Shown here: positions 26,581-39,000 of the stretch, one piece after another
Layout: each line of letters begins with the position of its first letter
Numbering within the stretch: the first letter of the stretch is position 1
Assembly: GCA_039621445.1 (NCBI GenBank)
Contig: CP154954.1
Coordinates: 35,077,703 to 35,141,702, forward strand
Direction: 5' to 3'
From: Euglena gracilis
Taxonomy: Eukaryota
Length of the DNA stretch: 64,000 bases
Notes under the pieces: model-generated
What the model was told of the DNA's origin: nothing
Seen by the model: the letters and a program-made list of their open reading frames with translations, nothing else
Database searches by the model: none
Made by a program: the position numbers and the translations under genes

Positions 26581-27364
26581 AGTTGGCGGACCGGCCGTTG
26601 CACCTTCCATTGCCACTATTACAGCCTGTTGTTGTATATAGCGAACCACTGCGCTAATTCAGTATCAAAATAGCGCAAACCGCACCTCTAACTGTTCTGT
26701 TTTTCACTGCAGGCTCCCTCTTTCTTACCTATGGTTTCAATTCAAGATTGTGCCTGCTGAATCAAGACCGAGGTCAAATTATATCAATTTTCAAGGATTT
26801 CAAGGGAATTCAAGGAAAGGCACTGGATCCAAGAAAGTGCAAAAGTTCAAGAAAATCAAAATCCCAAGGGCGGAGCAAGCAAAAGATTACAAAAAAGATT
26901 GGCTATCTGCTGGCGCAGGAGAGCAGTACAAGCCAAAAAGGTGTTGGTGCTGGGGTATCTGAAGCCTAGGGGAGGGTAACCAGGCCTTTTCCTAAACCCC
27001 CCCCACTGCCGGAAGGGACGCCAAGCCGGACTCCCCCCTCCAACCACCCCCAAAAAGGAGGGCCTTCGGTCCCCGGGAAAAAAATCCTACGTGGGAAGAG
27101 GAGTATCCCGAACCTACCCCTCTCCCCAGAGCCCATCGCGCCTACCCCCCACCCCGCCGGTACCCCCTCACGGACCCCCGGGAGTGAAGGCTGGGCAAAA
27201 ACAACATCGTTCAGGAAACTGGTAGCAGAGGTGCAGGGGAAGAGAGGAAGGTGCAGCGGCCGGTCCGCCAACTCTCCCCTTCCTCGGCCTTGCCTCCGGC
27301 TGCCGGGCCTGCCCCCTGCCCACACCCCATGGGGAAATGGAAAAGGCCTGGCGTCAACCTGGGA
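26581..27364 (+). repeat. Long direct repeat, copy 1
   Basis: AGTTGGCGGACCGGCC...GCGTCAACCTGGGA matches 29252-30032 with about 7 substitutions and small indels counted by eye. Confidence 0.95.
27246..27311 (-). repeat. 66-bp inverted-repeat arm (X') in direct repeat 1
   Basis: GGAAGGTGCAGCGGCC...TGCCGGGCCTG is the reverse complement of 29214-29279. Its partner at 26581-26608 is truncated to 28 bp. Confidence 0.93.
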
Positions 27365-27839
27365 TTTTCTCCATGGTGGTCGTGTTCCAGCTCATCTTTC
27401 TGTTCCTTCCCCTCGCCTTCGACGCTCAGGACAGGCGGCTGGCAGCGCGCGCGCAGGAGCTGAGCTGTCGTCGTGAGGAGATGCGGTGACGTCGGCGGCA
27501 GCTGGCTCACCCCCTACTGACCTGATGGATACCGTGGAGGCTCTCACCCACCAACCCAACCTCTTACTGGTGTGCCACCCCTCCCCTCTCTTCCCCAACC
27601 AAGGCTGAGCCACGGTGAGCCCGGCCGAGGCCGAGCCAGGAGAAGGGAGACCGGAGAGAGCCCAGAGAGGAGAGAGAGATGAGAGGAGAGGAGAGCGACG
27701 AAGCACGGGGGCGAAAGCTCCGGGGAGAGGCGAGCAAACAAGGAGAGGAAAGGAGAAAGAAAGGGGACCCAAGGGGGGAAACCCAACCGACCCCGGGGGC
27801 AAAGGGGGCCCAGAGGGGACCCAGGGAAGACCAAAGGAC

Positions 27840-28925
27840 GGCGCCGAAAAGCGGCCCAGGGGGGGCCGCCCAGACCCCAGGGGGGGGGGGCGCCGAAAAG
27901 CGCCCAGGGGGGCCGCCCAAGACCCCAGGGGGGGGGGGCGCCGAAAAGCGGCCCAGGGGGGCCGCCCAAGACCACCCGGGGGGGGGGGGCGCCGAAAAGC
28001 GGCCCAGGGGGGGCCGCCCAGACCCCACGGTGGGGGGGGGGAGGCGCCGAAAAAGCGGCCCAGGGGGGCCGCCCAGACCACCCAGGGGGGGGGGGGGGCC
28101 GAAAAAAAGGCACAGGGGGGCCGCCCAGACCCCAGGGGGGGGGGGGGGGCGCCGAAAAGCGGCCCAGGGGGGCCGCCCAGACCCCCGGGGGGGGGGGGGG
28201 GGCGCCGAAAAGCGGCCCAGGGGGGCCGCCCAGACCCCAGGGAGGGGGGGCGCCGAAAAGCGGCCCAGGGGGGCCGCCCAAGACCACAGGGGGCGGCCAC
28301 GCACGGCCCAGGGGGGCCGGCAAAAAAAAAAAAAAGCGGCCAGGGGGCCGCGCCCACACCCTGGGGGGGGGGGAACCCCAGAGCGGCCCAGGGGGGGCCG
28401 CCCAGACCCCAGGGGGGGGGGCGCCGAAAAGCGGGCCAGGGGGCCGCCCAGACCCCAGGGGGGCGGGGCGCCGAAGAGCGGCCCAGGGGGGCCGCCCAGA
28501 CCCCGGGGGGGGGGGGAGGCGCCGAAAAAGCGGCCCAGGGGGCCCGCCCACACCCCCGGGGGGGGGGGGCGCCGAAAAAAAGGCCCAGGGGGGCCGCCCA
28601 GACCCCAGAGGGGGGGAGCGGCGAAAAAAAGGCCCAGGGGGGGCCGCCCAGACCCCAGGGGGGGGGGGAGGCGCCGAAAAGCGGCCCAGGGGGGCCGCCC
28701 AGACCCCAAGGGGGGGAGGGCGCCGAAGAACAGCCCAGGGGGGCCGCCCAGACCCCGGGGGGGGGGGCGCCGAAAAGCGGCCCAGGGGGGCCGCCCAGAC
28801 CCCAAGGGCGGGGGGGCGCCGAAAAGCGGCCCAGGGGGGGCCGCCCAAGACCCACCCGGGGGGGGGGGGGCACGCACGGCCCAGGGGGGCCGGCAAAAAA
28901 AAAAAGCGGCCAGGGGGACCGCCAG
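27840..28925 (+). repeat. GC-rich minisatellite, ~48-50-bp unit, ~20 copies
   Basis: Unit is approximately GGCGCCGAAAAGCGGCCCAGGGGGGCCGCCCAGACCCCAG(G)n with variable G-run lengths. A variant unit CACGCACGGCCCAGGGGGGCCGGC(A)n recurs at ~28298 and ~28871. Confidence 0.92.
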
Positions 28926-29213
28926 CCCCAAAGGGGGGGGGCAACCGAACCCAGACAAGACCACCCACCAAGGAGAGCCAAGGAGAGCCAAAGCCCGAGC
29001 CCAGCCAATTCCTGAGGCCAGCCCGCAAGGCCGGACGACGTCAGCAGCGACGCTCACCGAACGCCTGCGGAGCACGGCCAGGGATTGGCTGGCGTCCACC
29101 CCCACCCGGACCACAGGAGCCCGCCCGCAGCCGGCACGCCAGGCAGCGGCGCAACGAAGGACCGGGGAGCCCCGGCCAGGCTCCTGTGGCAGGGGGGCGA
29201 GAGAGGCAGCGGC

Positions 29214-29979
29214 CAGGCCCGGCAGCCGGAGGCAAGGCCGAGGAAGGGGAGAGTTGGCGGACCGGCCGCTGCACCTTCCATTGCCACTACTACAGCCTGC
29301 TGTTGTATATAGCGAACCACTGCGCTAATTCAGCATCAAAATAGCGCAAACCGCACCTCTAACTGTTGTGTTTTTCACTGCAGGCTCCCTCTTTCTTACC
29401 TATGGTTTCAATTCAAGATTGTGCCTGCTGAATCAAGACCAAGGTCAAATTATATCAATTTTCAAGGATTTCAAGGGAATTCAAGGAAAGGCACTGGATC
29501 CAAGAAAGTGCAAAAGTTCAAGAAAATCAAAATCCCAAGGGCGGAGCAAGCAAAAGATTACAAAAAAGATTGGATATCTGCTGGCGCAGGAGAGCAGTAC
29601 AAGCCAAAAAGGTGTTGGTGCTGGGGTATCTGAAGCCTAGGGGAGGGTAACCAGGCCTTTTCCTAAACCCCCCCCACTGCCGGAAGGGACGCCAAGCCGG
29701 ACTCCCCCCTCCAACCCCAAAAAAGGAGGGCCTTCGGTCCCCGGGAAAAAAATCCTACGTGGGAAGAGGAGTATCCCGAACCTACCCCTCTCCCCAGAGC
29801 CCATCGCGCCTACCCCCCACCCCGCCGGTACCCCCTCACGGACCCCCGGGAGTGAAGGCTGGGCAAAAACAACATCGTTCAGGAAACTGGTAGCAGAGGT
29901 GCAGGGGAAGAGAGGAAGGTGCAGCGGCCGGTCCGCCAACTCTCCCCTTCCTCGGCCTTGCCTCCGGCTGCCGGGCCTG
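29214..29979. repeat. 766-bp unit bounded by perfect 66-bp inverted repeats (MITE-like)
   Basis: CAGGCCCGGCAGCC...TGCACCTTCC (29214-29279) is the exact reverse complement of 29914-29979. No TSD (GCAGCGGC vs CCCCCTGC). Confidence 0.85.
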
Positions 29980-30032
29980 CCCCCTGCCCACACCCCATGG
30001 GGAAATGGAAAAGGCCTGGCGTCAACCTGGGA
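29252..30032 (+). repeat. Long direct repeat, copy 2
   Basis: Near-identical to 26581-27364. Preceded by the purine tract GAGGAAGGGGAG. Confidence 0.95.
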
Positions 30033-30041
30033 CCTACCCCC

Positions 30042-33000
30042 CATGGTAACCTGGGCTGAACTTGTAAATGTCCCCCGGAATGGTCGAATGCACCCATCTA
30101 AATCTGCTCATTTCTTGCAACCAACCTTTCGGCTGCATGTTTTTCTTACCATTAAAACACGACAATCATGAAACCAACGGGTCCCTTGACTTTGGAGGCC
30201 TCCTGTAACCCCATTCGGTTACTCGGAGTAAGGCCCAATTTGGTCAATTTTTACATGGTAACCTGGGCTAACCTGGTAAATGTCCCCCGGAATGGTCGAA
30301 TGCACCTATCTAAATGTGCTCATTTCTTGCAACCAACCTTCCGGCTGCATGTTTTTCTTACCATTAAACCACGACAATCATGAAACCAACGGGTCCCCTG
30401 ACTTTGGAGGCCTCCTGGAACACCCATTCGGTTACTCGGAGTAAGGCCCAATTTGGTCCATTTTTACATGGTAACCTGGGCTGACCTGGTAAATGTCCCC
30501 CGGAATGGTCGAATGCACCCATCTAAATGTGCTTATTTCTTGCAACCAACCTTTCGGCTGCATGTTTTTCTTACCATTAAACTACGACAATCATGAAACC
30601 AACGGGTCCCCTGACTTTGGAGGCCTCCTGGAACACCCATTCGGTTACTCGGAGTAAGGCCCAATTTGGTCCATTTTTACATGGTAACCTGGGCTGACCT
30701 GGTAAATGTCCCCCGGAATGGTCGAATGCACCCATCTAAATCTGCTCATTTCTTGCAACCAACCTTTCGGCTGCATGTTTTTCTTACCATTAAACCACGA
30801 CAATCATGAAACCAACGGGGCCCCTGACTTTGGAGGCCTCCTGGAACACCCATTCGGTTACCCGGAGTAAGGCCCAATTTGGTCCATTTTTACGTGGTAA
30901 CCTGGGCTGACCTGGTAAATGTCCCCCGGAATGGTCGAATGCACCCATCTAAATGTGCTCATTTCTTGCAACCAACGTTCCCGCTGCATGTTTTTCTTAC
31001 CATTAAACCACGACAATCATGAAACCAACGGGTCCCCTGACTTTGGAGGCCTCCTGGAACACCCATTCGGTTACTCGGAGTAAGGCCCAATTTGGTCCAT
31101 TTTTACATGGTAACCTGGGCTGACCTGGTAAATGTCCCCCGGAATGGTCGAATGCACCCATCTAAATGTGCTCATTTCTTGCAACCAACCTTCCGGCTGC
31201 ATGTTTTTCTTACCATTAAACCACGACAATCATGAAACCAACGGGTCCCCTGACTTTGGAGGCCTCCTGGAACACCCATTCGGTTACTCGGAGTAAGGCC
31301 CAATTTGGTCCATTTTTAAATGGTAACCTGGGCTGACCTGGTAAATGTCCCCCGGAATGGTCGAATGCACCCATCTAAATGTGCTCATTTCTTGCAACCA
31401 ACGTTCCCGCTGCATGTTTTTATTACCATTAAACCACGACAATCATGAAACCAACGGGTCCCCTGACGATTGGAGGCCTGCTGGAACACCCATTCGGTTA
31501 CTCGGAGTAAGGCCCAATTTGGTCCATTTTTACATGGTAACCTGGGCTGACCTGGTAAATGTCCCCCGGAATGGTCGAATGCACCCATCTAAATCTGCTC
31601 ATTTCTTGCAACCCAGCTTTCGGCTGCATGTTTTTCTTACCATTAAACCACGAAAATCATGAAACCAACGGGTCCCCTGACTTTGGAGGCCTCCTGGAAC
31701 ACCCATTCGGTTACTCGGAGTAAGGCCCAATTTTTTGGTTCACATTTACATGGTAACCTGGGCTGACCTGGTAAATGTCCCCCGGAATGGTCGAATGCAG
31801 CCATCTAAATCTGCTCATTCCTTTCAACCAACCTTCCCGCTGCATGTTTTTCTTGCCATTAAACCACGACAATCATGAAACCAACGGGTCCCCTGACTTT
31901 GGAGGCCTCCTGGAACACCCATTCGGTTACTCGGAGTAAGGCCCAATTTGGTCCATTTTTACATGGTAACCTGGGCTGACCTGGTAAATGTCCCCCGGAA
32001 TGGTCGAATGCACCCATCTAAATCTGCTCATTTCTTGCAACCAACCTTTCGGCTGCATGTTTTTCTTACCATTAAACCACGACAATCATGAAACCAACGG
32101 GTCCCCTGACTTTGGAGGCCTCCTGGAACACCCATTCGGTTACCCGGAGTAAGGCCCAATTTGGTCCATTTTTACGTGGTAACCTGGGCTGACCTGGTAA
32201 ACGTCCCCCGGAATGGTCGAATGCACCCATTTAAATGTGCTCATTTCTTGCAACCAACCTTCCGGCTGCATGTTTTTCTTAATATTAAACCACGACAATC
32301 ATGAAACCAACGGGTCCCCTGACTTTGGAGGCCTACTGGAACACCCATTCGGTTACTCGGAGTAAGGCCCAATTTGGTCCATTTTTACGTGGTAACCTGG
32401 GCTGACCTGGTAAATGTCCCCCGGAATGGTCGAATGCACCCATCTAAATGTGCTCATTTCTTGCAACCAACGTTCCCGCTGCATGTTTTTCTTACCATTA
32501 AACCAAGACAATCATGAAACCAACGGGTCCCCTGACTTTGGAGGCCTCCTGGAACACCCATTCGGTTACTCGGAGTAAGGCCCAATTTGGTCCATTTTTA
32601 CATGGTAACCTGGGCTGACCTGGTAAATGTCCCCCGGAATGGTCGAATGCACCCATTTAAATGTGCTCATTTCTTGCAACCAACCTTCCGGCTGCATGTT
32701 TTTCTTACCATTAAACCACGACAATCATGAAACCAACGGGTCCCCTGACTTTGGAGGCCTCCTGGAACACCCATTCGGTTACTCGGAGTAAGGCCCAATT
32801 TGGTCCATTTTTACATGGTAACCTGGGCTGACCTGGTAAATGTCCCCCGGAATGGTCGAATGCACCCATCTAAATGTGCTCATTTCTTGCAACCAACGTT
32901 CCCGCTGCATGTTTTTATTACCATTAAACCACGACAATCATGAAACCAACGGGTCCCCTGACGATTGGAGGCCTGCTGGAACACCCATTCGGTTACTCGG

Positions 33001-36000
33001 AGTAAGGCCCAATTTGGTCCATTTTTACATGGTAACCTGGGCTGACCTGGTAAATGTCCCCCGGAATGGTCGAATGCACCCATCTAAATCTGCTCATTTC
33101 TTGCAACCCAGCTTTCGGCTGCATGTTTTTCTTACCATTAAACCACGAAAATCATGAAACCAACGGGTCCCCTGACTTTGGAGGCCTCCTGGAACACCCA
33201 TTCGGTTACTCGGAGTAAGGCCCAATTTTTTGGTTCACATTTACATGGTAACCTGGGCTGACCTGGTAAATGTCCCCCGGAATGGTCGAATGCAGCCATC
33301 TAAATCTGCTCATTTCTTTCAACCAACCTTCCCGCTGCATGTTTTTCTTGCCATTAAACCACGACAATCATGAAACCAACGGGTCCCCTGACTTTGGAGG
33401 CCTCCTGGAACACCCATTCGGTTACTCGGAGTAAGGCCCAATTTGGTCCATTTTTACATGGTAACCTGGGCTGACCTGGTAAATGTCCCCCGCAATGGTC
33501 GAATGCACCCATCTAAATCTGCTCATTTCTTGCAACCAACCTTTCGGCTGCATGTTTTTCTTACCATTAAACCACGACAATCATGCAACCAACGGGGCCC
33601 CTGACTTTGGAGGCCTCCTGGAACACCCATTCGGTTACCCGGAGTAAGGCCCAATTTGGTCCATTTTTACGTGGTAACCTGGGCTGACCTGGTAAATGTC
33701 CCCCGGAATGGTCGAATGCACCCATCTAAATGTGCTCATTTCTTGCAACCAACCTTCCGGCTGCATGTTTTTCTTACCATTAAACCACGACAATCATGAA
33801 ACCAACGGGTCCCCTGACTTTGGAGGCCTACTGGAACACCCATTCGGTTACTCGGAGTAAGGCCCAATTTGGTCCATTTTTACATGGTAACCTGGGCTGA
33901 CCTGGTAAATGTCCCCCGGAATGGTCGAATGCACCCATCTAAATGTGCTCATTTCTTGCAACCAACGTTCCCGCTGCATGTTTTTATTACCATTAAACCA
34001 CGAAAATCATGAAACCAACGGGTCCCCTGACTTTGGAGGCCTCCTGGAACACCCATTCGGTTACTCGAAGTAAGGCCGATTTTTTGTTCCACTTTTACAT
34101 GGTAACCTGGGCTGACCTGGTAAATGTCCCCCGGAATGGTCGAATGCACCCATCTAAATCTGCTCATTTCTTTCAACCAACCTTCCCGCTGCATGTTTTT
34201 CTTGCCATTAAACCACGACAATCATGAAACCAACGGGTCCCCTGACTTTGGAGGCCTCCTGGAACACCCATTCGGTTACTCGGAGTAAGGCCCAATTTGG
34301 TCCATTTTTACATGGTAACCTGGGCTGACCTGGTAAATGTCCCCCGCAATGGTCGAATGCACCCATCTAAATGTGCTCATTTCTTGCATCCAACCTTTCG
34401 GCTGCATGTTTTTCTTACCATTAAATCACGACAATCATGAAACCAACGGGGCCACTGACTTTGGAGGCCTCCTGGAACACCCATTCGGTAACTCGGAGTA
34501 CGGCCCAATTTGGTCCATTTTTACATGGTAACCTGGGCTGACCTGGTAAATGTCCCCCGGAATGGTCGAGTGCACCCATCTAAATGTGCTCATTTCTTGC
34601 AACCAACCTTCCGGCTGCATGTTTTTCTTACCATTAAACCACGACAATCATGAAACCAACGGGTCCCCTGACTTTGGAGGCCTCCTGGAACACCCATTCG
34701 GTTACTCGGAGTAAGGCCCAATTTGGTCCATTTTTACGTGGTAACCTGGGCTGACCTGGTAAATGTCCCCCGGAATGGTCGAATGCACCCATCTAAATCT
34801 GCTCATTTCTTGCAACCAACCTTTCGGCTGCATGTTTTTCTTACCATTAAACTACGACAATCATGAAACCAACGGGTCCCCTGACTTTGGAGGCCTCCTG
34901 GAACACCCATTCGGTTACTCGGAGTACGGCACAATTTGGTCCATTTTTACATGGTAACCTGGGCTGACCTGGTAAATGTCCCCCGGAATGGTCGAATGCA
35001 CCCATCTAAATCTGCTCATTTCTTGCAACCAACCATCCGGCTGCATGTTTTTATTACCATTAAACCACGACAATCATGAAACCAACGGGTCCCCTGACTT
35101 TGGAGGCCTCCTGGAACACCCATTCGGTTACTCGGAGTAAGGCCCAATTTTTTGGTTCACATTTACATGGTAACCTGGGCTGACCTGGTAAATGTCCCCC
35201 GGAATGGTCGAATGCAGCCATCTAAATCTGCTCATTTCTTTCAACCAACCTTCCCGCTGCATGTTTTTCTTGCCATTAAACCACGACAATCATGAAACCA
35301 ACGGGTCCCCTGACTTTGGAGGCCTCCTGGAACACCCATTCGGTTACTCGGAGTAAGGCCCAATTTGGTCCATTTTTACATGGTAACCTGGGCTGACCTG
35401 GTAAATGTCACCCGCAATGGTCGAATGCACCCATCTAAATGTGCTCATTTCTTGCAACCAACCTTTCGGCTGCATGTTTTTCTTACCATTAAATCACGAC
35501 AATCATGAAACCAACGGGGCCCCTGACTTTGGAGGCCTCCTGGAACACCCATTCGGTAACTCGGAGTACGGCCCAATTTGGTCAATTTTTACATGGTAAC
35601 CTGGGCTGACCTGGTAAATGTCCCCCGGAATGGTCGAATGCACCCATCTAAATGTGCTCATTTCTTGCAACCAACCTTCCGGCTGCATGTTTTTCTTACC
35701 ATTAAACCACGACAATCATGAAACCAACGGGTCCCCTGACTTTGGAGGCCTCCTGGAACACCCATTCGGTTACCCGGAGTAAGGCCCAATTTGGTCCATT
35801 TTTACGTGGTAACCTGGGCTGACCTGGTAAATGTCCCCCGGAATGGTCGAATGCACCCATCTAAATCTGCTCATTTCTTGCAACCAACCTTCCGGCTGCA
35901 TGTTTTTCTTACCATTAAACTACGACAATCATGAAACCAACGGGTCCCCTGACTTTGGAGGCCTCCTGGAACACCCATTCGGTTACTCGGAGTACGGCAC

Positions 36001-39000
36001 AATTTGGTCCATTTTTACATGGTAACCTGGGCTGACCTGGCAAATGTCCCCCGGAATGGTCGAATGCACCCATCTAAATCTGCTCATTTCTTGCAACCAA
36101 CCTTCCGGCTGCATGTTTTTCTTACCATTAAACCACGACAATCATGAAACCAACGGGTCCCCTGACTTTGGAGGCCTCCTGGAACACCCATTCGGTTACC
36201 CGGAGTAAGGCCCAATTTGGTCCATTTTTACGTGGTAACCTGGGCTGACCTGGTAAATGTCCCCCGGAATGGTCGAATGCACCCATCTAAATCTGCTCAT
36301 TTCTTGCAAGCAACCTTCCGGCTGCATGTTTTTCTTACCATTAAACCACGACAATCATGAAACCAACGGGTCCCCTGACTTTGGAGGCCTCCTGGAACAC
36401 CCATTCGGTTACTCGGAGTACGGCCCAATTTGGTCCATTTTTTCATGGTAACCTGGGCTGACCTGGTAAATGTCCCCCGGAATGGTCGAATGCACCCATC
36501 TAAATGTGCTCATTTCTTGCAACCAACCTTCCGGCTGCATGTTTTTCTCACTATTAAACCACGACAGTCATGAAACCAACGGGTCCCCTGACTTTGGAGG
36601 CCTCCTGGAACACCCATTCGGTTACTCGGAGTAAGGCCCAATTTGGTCCATTTTTACATTGTAACCTGGGCTGACCTGTTAAATGTCCCCCGGAATGGTC
36701 GAATGCACCCATCTAAATGTGCTCATTTCTTGCAACCAACCTTCCGGATGCATGTTTTTCTTACCCTTAAACCACGATAATCATGAAACCAACGGGTCCC
36801 CTGACTTTGGAGGCCTCCTGGAACACCCATTCGGTTACTCGTAGTAAGGCCCAATTTGGTCCATTTTTACATGGTAACCTGGGCTGACCTGGTAAATGTC
36901 CCCCGGAATGGTCGAATGCACCCATCTAAATGTGCTCATTTCTTGCAACCAACCTTCCGGCTGCATGTTTTTCTTACCATTAAACCACGACAATCATGAA
37001 ACCAACTGGTCCCCTGACTTTGGAGGCCTCCTGGAACACCCATTCGGTTACTCGGAGTAAGGCCCAATTTGGTCCATTTTTACATGGTAACCTGGGCTGA
37101 CCTGGTAAATGTCCCCCGGAATGGTCGAATGCACCCATCTAAATGTGCTCATTTCTTGCAACCAACCTTTCGGCTGCATGTTTTTCTTAAAATGAAACCA
37201 CGACAATCACGAAACCAACGGGTTCCCTAACTTTGGAGGCCTCCTGGAACTCCCATTCAGTTACTCGGAGTACGGCCCAATTTGGTCCATTTTTACATGG
37301 TAACCTGGGCTGACCTGGTAAATGTCCCCCGGAATGGTCGAATGCACCCATCTAAATGTGCTCATTTCTTGCAACCAACCTTCCGGCTGCATGTTTTTCT
37401 TATCATTAAACCACGACAATCATGAAACCAACGGGTCCCCTGACTTTGGAGGCCTCCTGGAACACCCATTCGGTTACTCGGAGTAAGGCCGAATTTGGTC
37501 CATTTTTACATGGTAACCTGGGCTGACCTGGTAAATGTCCCCCGGAATGGTCGAATGCACCCATCTAAATCTGCTCATTTCTTGCAACAAACCTTTCGGC
37601 TGCATGTTATTCTTACCATTAAACCACGACAATCATGAAACCAACGGGTCCCCTGACTTTGGAGGCCTCCTGGAACACCCATTCGGTTAATCGGAGTAAG
37701 GCCCAATTTGGTCCATTTTTACATGGTAACCTGGGCTGACCTGGTAAATGTCCCCCGGAATGGTCGAATGCACCCATCTAAATCTGCTCATTTCTTGCAA
37801 CAAACCTTTCGGCTGCATGTTATTCTTACCATTAAACCACGACAATCATGAAACCAACGGGTCCCCTGACTTTGGAGGCCTCCTGGAACACCCATTCGGT
37901 TAATCGGAGTAAGGCCCAATTTGGTCCATTTTTACATGGTAACCTGGGCTGACCTGGTAAATGTCCCCCGGAATGGTCGAATGCACCCATCTAAATGTGC
38001 TCATTTCTTGCAACCAACCTTCTGGCTGCATGTTTTTCTTACCATTAAACCACGACAATCATGAAACCAACGGGTCCCCTGACTTTTGAGGCCTCCTGGA
38101 ACACCCATTCGGTTACTCGGAGTACGCCCCAATTTGGTCCATTTTTACATGGTAACCTGGGCTGACCTGGTAAATGTCCCCCGGAATGGTCGAATGCACT
38201 CCTCTAAATGTGCTCATTTCTTGCAACCAACCTTTCGGCTGCATGTTATTCTTACCATTAAACCACGACAATCATGAAACCAACGGGTCCCCTGACTTTG
38301 GAGGCCTCCTGGAACACCCATTCGGTTACTCGTTGTAAGGCCCAATTTGGTCCATTTTTACATGGTAACCTGGGCTGACCTGGTAAATGTCCCCCGGAAT
38401 GGTCGAATGCACCCATCTAAATGTGCTCAGTTCTTGCAACCAACCTTCCGGCTTCATGTTTTTCTTACCATTAAACCACGACAATCATGAAACCAACGGG
38501 TCCCCTGACTTTGGAGGCCTCCTGGAACACCCATTCGGTTACTCGGAGTAAGGCCCAATTTGGTCCATTTTTACATGGTAACCTGGGCAGACCTGGTAAA
38601 TGTCCCCCGGAATGGTCGAATGCACCCATCTAAATGTGCTCATTTCTTGCAACCAACCTTCCGGCTGCATGTTTTTCTTACCATTAAACCACGACAATCA
38701 TGAAACCAACGGGTCCCCTGACTTTGGAGGCCTCCTGGAACACCCTTTCGGTAACTCGGAGTACGGCCCAATTTGGTCCATTTTTACATGGCAACCTGGG
38801 CTGACCTGGTAAATGTCCCCCGGAATGGTCGAATGCACCCATCTAAATCTGCTCATTTCTTGCAACCAACCTTCCGGCTGCATGTTTCTCTACCATTAAA
38901 CCACGACAATCATGAAACCAACGGGTCCCCTGACTTTGGAGGCCTCCTGGAACACCCATTCGGTTACTCGGAGTAAGGTCCAATTTGGTCCATTTTTACA

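Larger units (their letters stand above)
26581..30043. mobile_element. Composite non-autonomous insertion: direct repeat - internal region with minisatellite - direct repeat (class uncertain)
   Basis: Interrupts the 213-bp array. Two ~780-bp direct repeats lie 2671 bp apart. There is no recognisable protein domain and no target-site duplication; about 45 bp of satellite is missing across the junction. Confidence 0.6.

Noticed and set aside
27392-29328. 466-549 aa Pro/Gly/Arg-rich ORFs
   Set aside because: These are translations of a GC-rich minisatellite, open in several frames on both strands, with erratic homopolymer lengths.
29214-29979. hAT-family MITE call based on CAG...CTG ends
   Set aside because: No 8-bp TSD, and the inverted similarity continues imperfectly beyond the CAG, so the true ends are uncertain.
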